Assembly: GCA_036984365.1 (NCBI GenBank)
Contig: BQXB01000003.1
Location: forward strand, 1-40,000
DNA length: 40,000 bases
Source: Nitrosarchaeum sp.
GTDB lineage: Archaea; Thermoproteota; Nitrososphaeria; Nitrososphaerales; Nitrosopumilaceae
Reading direction: 5' to 3'
In this document: positions 18,220 to 26,185 of the stretch, one piece after another
How positions within the stretch are numbered: position 1 is the first letter of the stretch
Layout of the letters: every line of letters begins with the position of its first letter
Position numbers and translations under genes: made by a program
Notes under the pieces: generated by a model
Databases searched by the model: none
Seen by the model: the letters and a program-made list of their open reading frames with translations, nothing else
What the model was told of the DNA's origin: nothing

Positions 18220-18501
18220 ATGTATACAAAACGTGATACAATGACCAAAGATAAAATTATTCACACAAGAATTGATGATCAGACACATCAAAAACTGTTA
18301 GAGAAATGCAATGAACTTGGTTGTAGTATTTCAGATTATTTTTTGTCGATTCTTGATAACTCATTAGATGAAGTATACGAAGAAAAACAACCTTTGCATG
18401 ATTTGAGATTAGACTATGGAACAATTACAGATAATCAAGGAGCGGTAATTGGGTATCTACAAGGCTTTCCCAGACCACAAATTTCATACAAAAATGAATA
18501 A
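18220..18501 (+). CDS. ribbon-helix-helix protein (93 aa)
   Basis: KIIHTRIDDQTHQKLLEKCNELGCSISDYFLSIL is an RHH pattern. Two TGTATACA palindromes (18210..18217 and 18221..18228) straddle its start codon. Confidence 0.5.
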   Translation: MYTKRDTMTKDKIIHTRIDDQTHQKLLEKCNELGCSISDYFLSILDNSLDEVYEEKQPLHDLRLDYGTITDNQGAVIGYLQGFPRPQISYKNE

Positions 18502-18659
18502 GGCTCAATTTTACGTACGATTTTATGATAAATGTCCTTACTGTGAAAGGAAGTTTAGAAAATCAAAGTATTCAGGTAATTCAAAACTAGTCAAGAAATG
18601 GTTGGATAGTGGGTTTGGTTGATAGAATTTGTAAATATATGACATCATATTCATGATAA

Positions 18660-19945
18660 TTAACAGTCATCATTGAGTTCAGAGTTGATTCTCCATATAT
18701 TGTGTGGACGAATATTCTTTTTGTGCATTTCAATAAATTTTACTTTTAACTTATTCCATAAAATTTGAATTACAATATCTAATTTTTCTGCATATTTTGT
18801 TATATCGTCTTTTTCTAATTTTTTAGCAATTTCTCTTAATCTTTTGCGTCTTGAATCAGGAGGCGGATGTGTTCCTAATGGGCCATCGCTTCTACCTCCT
18901 CTCCAGTAAAAGTGATCATGTCCATTTTCTAGAATGCACAAACTTCTTTGAACAATTTCAAACCCTGTCAAGATTAATTCTGTTCCCCAATAACTTTTCA
19001 CTGCATTGTACCTATTAGATAAAGCACCTAATGCAAAAATTAATCCACCATAATCTGCCTCATACTCTCTTTGCCAATCATAAATCATTTTTTTTGCGTC
19101 TGATTTTGAAATTGATACCAATTTCGTTTCATTATCACCTACATGTCCAAAAAATTTATGAGCGTATTCGTGACCCAAGATAAATAATTCCATACCATTT
19201 CTCAAATTTTCTACAGATATCTCATATCTTGGATCAATGAGATATTGTTTGGCAAGACTGGGTTTGCCCTTTACAATATATGATGTAAAAAGATCTTCAA
19301 AACTTTCAAAGATCTGTGGATTGTTTTCAATTGTTTCTTTGATATTTTTTCATCTATTGAAAAAAAACTGTAACCTATTGGCGGAATTTTTTTTCCGTCT
19401 CTTTCGGTTATAATTTCATCTCTCATATAGGGAAAGGATAATGCAATAATTTTACTAAATAAATTACAAAAATTAAAAATTTCATCTTGAAAAATTATTA
19501 GATATTCTTTTGTTGATGAAAAATATCTTATTTGTGCATTTACTTCCCCGGTAGGCAATGTTCCGATATATGGGGGATTTTCAAAAACGTCTGAATCCTT
19601 TAAACTTAATTCCACTCCATGCGTTTTAATTTTAATATTTTCTGCTCCTTCTTGTAATTGTTCATTCAAATCATGAAGAATACTAATCAATATTGGATTT
19701 TCGTACGCTGTGGAGTGCTGTGTTTCAATTAATTGATTGTAACATTCTTCTGTGTTTTTTTTGTAAAATGATTTTTCTTTTTTGGATAATTCTTTACCAT
19801 ATTTTTTTAGAAATTCCTTACATAACTTTCTTGAAACTCTTTTAAGTTCTGTTTTTACTTTTCTTTGGTATTTTTTTTCATCACCAATTATTTTTTTTTG
19901 ACGGCATTCGAGATATTCTATTGCTTTGCTTGATTCTTCAGTCAT
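18660..19945 (-). pseudogene. HExxH zinc metalloprotease split by a frameshift (224-aa N-part plus 181-aa C-part)
   Basis: The C-part has FILGHEYAHKFFGH and a downstream REYEADYGG. Its reading frame stays open upstream to 19349 (KNIKETIENNPQIFESFEDLFTSYIVKGKPSLAKQYLIDPRYEISVEN...). It overlaps the tail of the 224-aa ORF, which stops at 19271. The overlap begins at a T6/A6 run (19345..19350). Confidence 0.55.
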
Positions 19946-20019
19946 ATTTTCTAATACATGTAATGAACTACAGTCTTTTTAATTTAGCAAGATAGATTTT
20001 GAAAAACAGGCACAAGAAA

Positions 20020-21090
20020 TTAGATGATGAAATTACTTGACTTTCCAAGACAAAATCCAATTAAATTCTGAACTGCAATCTTTGCAATAGTAATTTCTTG
20101 AACATTTTTCAACCCGTCTTTTGTCTTTGCACCATGTCTAAAGAAATATTTTCTATCTTGCTGAAATGTTCTTTCCAATAATTCTAAAAATTTCCTGATC
20201 AAATTATACTCCATAATTATAATGCCATCTCTAGTATGAGTAAATTCATCCAGTCTGATTCTCTGCTTATGGTCTTTGATGTTAGATATCTTGAATACTG
20301 TATAATCAACTAGCCATCTAAACGGCTCCATCATGTCATAGACTAACGGCTGAAATCCAGTGTGCTGTTTATGATAAAACCCATAGTATGCATCAAGCCC
20401 AAATCCGTTGATAAACTTGGAAATCTCTCCACCTAGTACTGCATAGCCATAATTCAGCAAGGCATTGATGATATCAGTTGCCTTGTTTTTTGCCAGTCCT
20501 ATATATGATGGGTTTCTAGATGAAAACTCGTATCTTTCTGGAATTAGTTTTGCAAATGCTCTAAAGTAGATATGAGCTGTCTTTGACTCATTACTGATTG
20601 GGGAATTATTGTTTAGATTAGTTAGATGTGCCTCTAGTTTTTCTATAGCATCTATCACTTCGCTTCGCTCAGTAGTTTTGAGGAATCTGATTTGAGATTC
20701 TAGTTTTGCCTTTACAATTTTTCTCTGAAGATATTGGCATTTCTCTTTATCTCGAAATGTATCGTACTGAGCAATTCTGTTTTTAGTTGCAGTTAGTGAC
20801 TCCATTACTGGATTCAGATAAGTAACAGGTTTTCCATGATGGTCTAGTAAAATGACATTTCGATTATTCTCAGATAACAATGCCAAAGCATCAGTAGAGA
20901 TGTATCCTTTACCTTGCAGAACTATTTTTTCATATGGCATGCTTTTGATGTACCATTCTTCTATAGAACAATCTGAAAAAGGATCATGACAGTCTTTGAG
21001 AATTATTTTTGAATCTTTGACAGAGATAGAGTGACCGTAGCCTTTTAGGAATTTTACGTTGTAATGATTTTGTTTTCCTTTTAGAGTCAT
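20020..21090 (-). CDS. cas1: Cas1-family casposase
   Basis: NALLNYGYAVLGGE...GLDAYYGFYHK...LVYDMMEPFRWLVD. About three-quarters identical to the casposon 1 Cas1 over the first 94 aa by eye (21 differences), with synonymous differences at the DNA level. Confidence 0.92.
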   Translation of the reverse strand: MTLKGKQNHYNVKFLKGYGHSISVKDSKIILKDCHDPFSDCSIEEWYIKSMPYEKIVLQGKGYISTDALALLSENNRNVILLDHHGKPVTYLNPVMESLTATKNRIAQYDTFRDKEKCQYLQRKIVKAKLESQIRFLKTTERSEVIDAIEKLEAHLTNLNNNSPISNESKTAHIYFRAFAKLIPERYEFSSRNPSYIGLAKNKATDIINALLNYGYAVLGGEISKFINGFGLDAYYGFYHKQHTGFQPLVYDMMEPFRWLVDYTVFKISNIKDHKQRIRLDEFTHTRDGIIIMEYNLIRKFLELLERTFQQDRKYFFRHGAKTKDGLKNVQEITIAKIAVQNLIGFCLGKSSNFII

Positions 21091-21136
21091 ATGAGATTGC
21101 AGATATTCAAAATTAGAGTTTTGTATCTATTGTTTA

Positions 21137-21829
21137 TCATAATGCCCATCCACGTTCTTTAAGATTAATCGCACTTGCAGGATCAACACATACTAAATTT
21201 GAATAATCATGTTTGATCAATAATCTCAATGAATCATTTTTACATCTACCATTTTCATTAATGGCTTTACTATATTGATCTACAACAGATAGACCACCCA
21301 TTCCAAATCCTGAAGGACCTTCAAACATGTGAGTTATTTTATAATATTGTCTTGTATATTGTCCTGAATTATTGAATTGAATTGGAAATTTAATGTAAAA
21401 TGGATTTTCAACATCCACTACAAAATCGTACGAGTCTCCAATCAAACTTTGTTTGTAAAACGCTTCATTTTGAGCAGGAATGCTTTGAGCAAATTTCTGA
21501 TGCTCAGCATCAGTTACATTGTCACCCATTGGTGGGTGTATCATTTTATCCCCCATCTGAATGGCATAGCCTACTGTTGCATTAACATCAGTTGCGTTTC
21601 TTAGATCCTTTGCTTGAAAATCCACTTTTTGTATAATCTGATATTCCGTTCCTACTAGCAGTATTGAAATTTGTTTCATGTCATATGTAAAAATTCCATA
21701 TTCGGTTCTATTGTCGATCCCAAAGTCAGAGAAAGAAAAATCAGTTAACGGGATTACTGTTTGTGCATCTGCATAAGCAAGACAAGATATTGCAAAAAAC
21801 ACGATTACGATAAAACCAAAAATTCTCAC
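21137..21829 (-). CDS. secreted protein (230 aa) with a C-terminal C-x-x-P-x-S-x3-L-x-ERGWA motif
   Basis: GTG start and signal-like N-terminus MRIFGFIVIVFFAISCLAYADAQ. The C-terminus LVCVDPASAINLKERGWAL is shared with the host-like ORF 32060..33997. Confidence 0.6.
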   Translation of the reverse strand: MRIFGFIVIVFFAISCLAYADAQTVIPLTDFSFSDFGIDNRTEYGIFTYDMKQISILLVGTEYQIIQKVDFQAKDLRNATDVNATVGYAIQMGDKMIHPPMGDNVTDAEHQKFAQSIPAQNEAFYKQSLIGDSYDFVVDVENPFYIKFPIQFNNSGQYTRQYYKITHMFEGPSGFGMGGLSVVDQYSKAINENGRCKNDSLRLLIKHDYSNLVCVDPASAINLKERGWAL

Positions 21830-21894
21830 AAAATAATTTTAGAATTTCTAATCTTTAAATAATTTCCAACAAACCAACTCACATCATTACGTTA

Positions 21895-21934
21895 GTCAGA
21901 CGCATGTTTTTGTTCCTAAAGAGGGGGGACTGCC
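21895..21934. repeat. Casposon 2 right TIR
   Basis: GTCAGACGCATGTTTTTGTTCCTAAAGAGGGGGGACTGCC matches the reverse complement of 11055..11094 at 38 of 40 positions. Confidence 0.9.
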
Positions 21935-21939
21935 TTTTT

Positions 21940-21957
21940 ATCGACAGAGAGTAAAAA
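21940..21957. repeat. Target copy c: ATCGACAGAGAGTAAAAA, junction of casposon 2 and element 3
   Basis: Identical to copies a and b. Preceded by T5. Confidence 0.9.
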
Positions 21958-22626
21958 TAGAATCCCCCCTTTTGTGAGTAAAAACAGACAGGTACTAGAA
22001 AAGATATCTGACGATTATTTTTTGGAGATTCCTTAAGATCATGACGACAGTTATGATTTCTCAATGACTAAAGCAAAAGCAACTCAACTTGCAAAAACAC
22101 GAATCAAATCAAATGCCATATATCTCAGGGGCATAGAAAAATACGAAAAAGAAAATCCAAACCATTCTGAAAATCAACTCGGTGCAAAAATATCCAAACT
22201 TGTGATAAAAATGATTTTTGAGTTATAATAGAATGAATTATTGTGAAATAAAAATAAAAAATTGTAATAAAAATCTGTGAAAATCACAGTATTACATTGC
22301 TGGCCAAATACCGAATTTAGTTTTCTTGTATATTATTTTCATTTTTTCACCTCACTGTTCTTCAAAGAATATCCAAGAAAGACCGATTACATCCATCGCA
22401 GTATTGATTGGAAGGAGGCTATTGCCCTTACTTCCAACCATGACAGATGACACTTTTGGACTTTGGATTGACTTGCACTGGACTGCTTGCATGCTATACT
22501 ATGTGGATAGAATTATTTGTTCATGACTTCAAGTCTGTGGCATGCCTTATTCTCTGTAGACAAAAAGGGCAAAACCGATTTGTTCAGGAAAAGATGTTGT
22601 CGTAGTGCCTAAGATTTATAAAAAAT

Positions 22627-23304
22627 TCAAAAACTATTTCTGCTCTTCATAATTTTCTCAAAAGCGATTTTGACTGAGATGAACATTTTTTCTGCATATT
22701 TTGATTCATTGGGATTTTTGTCAGAATGCCACTTTAAGACTAGACGCCTGTACGCCTCTTTGATCTCTTTATCAGATGAATTTTGTGAAACTTCAAGCAA
22801 GTTATAGTGTATTGCAAGATCTGACTCGTCCTCAAAAGTTTGCTGAGTTTTTTGATAGGTTTTTTTGTATTTGTTTTATCTTCTATGAAAAAATTCTCTT
22901 TTAAATAATGACTCAATGTATTGCTTATGTTTTTGGGATTCAGCTGAGGAAATTTCTGACCAATGTGCCTGCTCAAACTCTTGAATTATTTCATCAAATT
23001 CTTTATCTGATATCCTAGATTGATTTGTTTGGAAACTCTCCTCTTGAGGAACATAGTCTTGTCGGTTTCTAAAATTCCTAAAATAACTCATAAATGATTT
23101 CTGCTTTACAATTCTACTTTTTGCCATACAATCTCTGCAAGTAAACTCTGGGGTTTTCAGGATTTCTCCACAAGTCAATTCTGCTAAAAATTCCTTTGCA
23201 CTTGGAGCATTTATTGGAGCTAGTATCTGAGTCGTTTTTTTATTCTCTTTTAGATCCATGTCGTGAATTTCATGTTTGATTCCAATATCTTGTTCATTGC
23301 GCAT
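22627..23304 (-). pseudogene. Cys-rich N-terminal region plus C-terminal J-domain (HSD variant of HPD), interrupted by an in-frame TAA
   Basis: The 142-aa ORF stops at TAA 22876..22878. The same frame continues NKYKKTYQKTQQTFEDESDLAIHYNLLEVSQNSSDKEIKEAYRRLVLKWHSDKNPNESKYAEKMFISVKIAFEKIMKSRNSF to a stop at 22627..22629. This is a textbook J-domain helix I-III pattern with no start codon of its own. Confidence 0.55.
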
Positions 23305-23552
23305 CGTGGATAGTTACATGGGTTCTTTATGGGTTTGTTTTCAATACCCTCAATTTCGTGAATAATTCCTTGTCTGTTTAGAGAACATTTTCCATCATCG
23401 CATAATCTAATTCCAAATAGACGCGCTAAAAATTGTAAACTTAACACTTTTGAAACTTATTTTCCTAAATCCTTGGTTTTTAGAATATTTGATTCTGATC
23501 CCCTAGACTGGATAATGATAAAGATGAAATTGGCTATGAATCTTAAATTATT

Positions 23553-24212
23553 TTAATTTAGGAATATTTTATGAATGCTTTCTTTTGAAATATGTAATTT
23601 GTAGATATCGTCGTTTTTTAAAACAAATATTTTATCATGCATCAAAAATAACTCGATCATATCTGTGATATCTGAATTCATTAAATCACTTGCTTTGTAT
23701 GGGCAAAACATCAAACCTGGCAATCTTGCCTCATCATATGTCTTTTCAAGCTCCATGACATATGCAAATGAATTATTTGCAACGTCTGTAATTACAAAGT
23801 CAACACAACAAAGTGGTTTTTTTGTCGATGCTTTGGCAATGTTTTGAATTACTTGGCCGCAATATCTTGACGCATTAGTTCCATGAGGATTGTATGGTTT
23901 AACAGTTCCATTATGCCAATCAAGTTTGGATAACAATTTTTCTGCATGATGTTTTGGTGGTGCAGCAAATGACTTGAACCATTCTGTATTGTTTGTCATC
24001 TTGTCTAATGACTTAAGAAAGTTATTCATTGACTTTTCATCTGAATAAATTAGCAAATCGTGCACGTGTGGAACATGTATTTTTTTATCTAGCCATTGTT
24101 CCACGGCATCTTTTATTATTGAATTAATTGAAACTCCCATTTGGTCTGCTTTTTTTCCAAGATGCGAGTGAGTATCATCATCAAAACCTCTAACTAGAAT
24201 GTCTTTTGTCAA
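23553..24212 (-). CDS. RHH-domain regulator with a C-terminal sensor-like domain (possibly MEDS-like)
   Basis: TTG start. N-terminal ILVRGFDDDTHSHLGKKADQMGVSINSIIKDAVEQWL is RHH. The C-terminal HDLLIYSDEK...MFCPYKASDL...LMHDKIF is reminiscent of MEDS domains, at low confidence. Confidence 0.5.
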   Translation of the reverse strand: MTKDILVRGFDDDTHSHLGKKADQMGVSINSIIKDAVEQWLDKKIHVPHVHDLLIYSDEKSMNNFLKSLDKMTNNTEWFKSFAAPPKHHAEKLLSKLDWHNGTVKPYNPHGTNASRYCGQVIQNIAKASTKKPLCCVDFVITDVANNSFAYVMELEKTYDEARLPGLMFCPYKASDLMNSDITDMIELFLMHDKIFVLKNDDIYKLHISKESIHKIFLN

Positions 24213-24245
24213 TGATATCGTTTGTTATTATATCTATATAAATTA

Positions 24246-24261
24246 TGATATCATGATATCA
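24246..24261. promoter_or_regulatory. Perfect 16-bp palindrome TGATATCATGATATCA (candidate operator)
   Basis: Self-complementary as read. It lies in the 91-bp divergent intergenic region between the RHH regulator and the OsmC-like gene. Confidence 0.5.
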
Positions 24262-24282
24262 AAAATAATAATATTAATATAA

Positions 24283-24298
24283 CGATATCATGATATCA
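24283..24298. promoter_or_regulatory. Second copy of the palindrome, CGATATCATGATATCA (15 of 16)
   Basis: Lies 37 bp from the first copy and ends 5 nt before the OsmC-like ATG. A half-site TGATATCG sits at 24213..24220, next to the regulator start codon. Confidence 0.5.
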
Positions 24299-24303
24299 TA
24301 TTC

Positions 24304-24870
24304 ATGAATACCCAACAAATACAAAAAAACATTGTCAATGGTGTTGATGTTTCAAAATTGACTCAAACCATTGATGATCTAACACAAAAACCAGACCTGG
24401 CTCAATTCCATTTTTGTGCAAGAAATAGCTGGATCAATGGAGGAAAAAACCGTACAACCGTAAATGGGTTTTACGGAGTAGGAAAGACACATGTTCGAAG
24501 CAAGCCTTTTGTCTTTACAAAAGATGAACCACCTGTACTGCTAGGAACTGATCAGGGTGCAAATCCTGTGGAATATGCACTGACTGCACTTGCAGGATGT
24601 GTTACGACCACCTTGGTATACTATGCATCTGCAATGAATGTCAAGATCAATAAGGTTGAGACTGTCCTTGAGGGCGATATTGACTTGAGAGGTCTGCTGA
24701 ACATCGATGAGAATGTAAATGCAGGATACAAAAGCATTCAAGTCAAATTCAATATAGATTCTGATGCTTCACGAGAAACATTGCAGAAACTAATTGAAAT
24801 TGCCAGAAAACATTCCCCTGTGGCAAACACAATCACCAATGCCACCCCCATTAATCTTAGTTTGGCCTAA
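24304..24870 (+). CDS. OsmC/Ohr-family protein (peroxiredoxin-like)
   Basis: GANPVEYALTALAGCVTTTLVYYA...KFNIDSDASRETLQKLIEIARKHSPVANT is the OsmC-fold pattern with the conserved Cys. Confidence 0.7.
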   Translation: MNTQQIQKNIVNGVDVSKLTQTIDDLTQKPDLAQFHFCARNSWINGGKNRTTVNGFYGVGKTHVRSKPFVFTKDEPPVLLGTDQGANPVEYALTALAGCVTTTLVYYASAMNVKINKVETVLEGDIDLRGLLNIDENVNAGYKSIQVKFNIDSDASRETLQKLIEIARKHSPVANTITNATPINLSLA

Positions 24871-25513
24871 GCCATACTATTTTTTATTTTTATAAACTTT
24901 CTAAATCCTTAAGTTATCACAAACATCATTTCATCAGATATGGATAAATGGGATTCTGATGCAGATGATTGGAGAGATTGGAAAATATGATAATAAATAT
25001 TCTAGAACGTTTCGTTGTAAAAAATATAGAAATCCATACAAGAAAAAACTGACAAAAAAGACAGTACTTGAAACTGCAGACAAAATTCAAGAAACAGCAT
25101 CAGAAATAACAAAAAGATAGAAGAGGATCAAATTCAGCGTGAAAAAGAAAAACAGCTGATAAAAAATACCTGAAGACATTGGAGCACAAATTTATCTGCT
25201 GTTCAACAAGGTAACCCCCAAGGAACTACTCCACTTGTCTGTAATCCAACCATTGCAAAATCATCTGTTAATCATAACAATGACATGACAAACAGCAATT
25301 ATTTCTATTATTGATCTTATGGTTATCACATAGAACCAATAATTGGAATTGTTGCAAGTAGTTTAGCTTTCATTGCATTTAAAAAAAGCAAATGACTCTT
25401 AAATGCCAAAAAATCATTACAATATAAAATTCCTAAAAGTAAATGGTCCCTCCATTTCTGTTGGAAATTTCAAAACTAAATTTAGATATATTACATAAAT
25501 ATCATGCAGCCAA

Positions 25514-25681
25514 TCCATTGCATTTGAGTGATTTTGTATTAATGTTACAGTCAAGATGAAATTGTAGATCAGAAATACGATTGCACTTGGAGCATGAATA
25601 CTGTACGGGGTTCCTGCATTTATCACACACGGCATATTCTACAAGTATGTTGCCGCAACTTCTGCAGCTTTCATCAGGCAT
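25514..25681 (-). CDS. small zinc-ribbon protein (55 aa), below the ORF-track size cutoff
   Basis: My own translation is MPDESCRSCGNILVEYAVCDKCRNPVQYSCSKCNRISDLQFHLDCNINTKSLKCNGLAA, with three CxxC pairs. The ATG lies 1 nt after the stop of the upstream ORF 25683..26096. Confidence 0.4.
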
Positions 25682-25682
25682 G

Positions 25683-26096
25683 TTATACCACTATCACATT
25701 GGAGATTGGAGTCTGAAATTCTGATACCAGAGACGACATGTTGGTTGAGAACTGTTTTACATCTACGTTGGCATTGGAAATAACCAACAAGACTTCTTCA
25801 TCGAGATTACAAACAAACTCTACGTGCGATTCTCGTATAGTTACTGTCTGGTGAAAAGAGCTTAGACTTTGATCGAATTCTTTTATCATGGATGTTTGCA
25901 ACGAACGCTGCATTGCAATCATTTCTAATTGATTCTCCGACAGGCAGCTCAAAGCCGTATCTTTGCCAAATTTACTTTCTACAATTCTTCCATTCTTGTT
26001 TATTATTGCAACAAGATCAACATCTTTGCTCATCAGATGTATAGCATCACATAATTCAGATTTTTTGATAAATCTTAACACATTATTTGTTTTCAT
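25683..26096 (-). CDS. hypothetical protein; same family as 2721..3086
   Basis: Collinear similarity by eye to the 121-aa ORF in the left flank. Confidence 0.45.
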   Translation of the reverse strand: MKTNNVLRFIKKSELCDAIHLMSKDVDLVAIINKNGRIVESKFGKDTALSCLSENQLEMIAMQRSLQTSMIKEFDQSLSSFHQTVTIRESHVEFVCNLDEEVLLVISNANVDVKQFSTNMSSLVSEFQTPISNVIVV

Positions 26097-26185
26097 GCTT
26101 TGTCTTGTCTATTGAGATATTTAGGCAACCTGTTAACTTTGTTAACAAAAATAATGCTTAATATTCAGCCTGACATCACTCCGGT

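Larger units (their letters stand above)
11050..21939. mobile_element. Casposon 2 (about 10.9 kb, cargo-bearing, inverted relative to casposon 1); boundaries +/-5 bp
   Basis: 40-bp TIRs with 2 mismatches, flanked by identical target copies b and c. It has its own Cas1 and pPolB, which are diverged from those of casposon 1. Confidence 0.9.

Noticed and set aside
18494-18622. Possible 42-aa ORF overlapping the RHH stop (MNKAQFYVRFYDKCPYCERKF...)
   Set aside because: It has only one CxxC pair, is very short, and has no supporting evidence. It is noted but not called.
19341-19352. Programmed -1 ribosomal frameshift in the metalloprotease gene
   Set aside because: The A6 run is not positioned as a canonical X-XXY-YYZ heptamer in the upstream frame, and I saw no obvious downstream structure. 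A simple indel or sequencing error is more parsimonious, so it is reported as a frameshifted gene instead.
5936-21090. Two cas1 genes might indicate a CRISPR-Cas locus
   Set aside because: I could see no cas2, no other cas genes and no regularly spaced direct repeats anywhere in the window. Both cas1 genes lie inside TIR-bounded elements with pPolB, so they are casposases rather than CRISPR adaptation genes.
22064-22228. Possible 54-aa ORF (MTKAKATQLAKTRIKSNAIYLRGIEKYEKENPNHSENQLGAKISKLVIKMIFEL) just inside the left end of element 3
   Set aside because: Its composition is plausible, but it has no recognisable motif and is below any confidence threshold without conservation data.
22740-22976. 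78-aa ORF from the track (MSRHIGQKFPQL...)
   Set aside because: It is in a different frame from the J-domain reading, which has a clear family signature over the same DNA. It is a shadow ORF. The ORF 22326..22526 is likewise unsupported.
24871-25513. Gene-less stretch in element 3 with fragments such as QGNPQGTTPLVCNPTIAKSSVNHNNDMTNSNYFYY-stop-SYGYHIEPIIGIVASSLAFIAFKKSK
   Set aside because: This is probably the remnant of a secreted, C-terminally anchored protein. It is too fragmented to call as a specific pseudogene, so it is used only as supporting evidence of decay.
25417-25635. 72-aa ORF from the track
   Set aside because: It overlaps the better-supported CxxC zinc-ribbon frame, and its sequence is hydrophobic and low-complexity.
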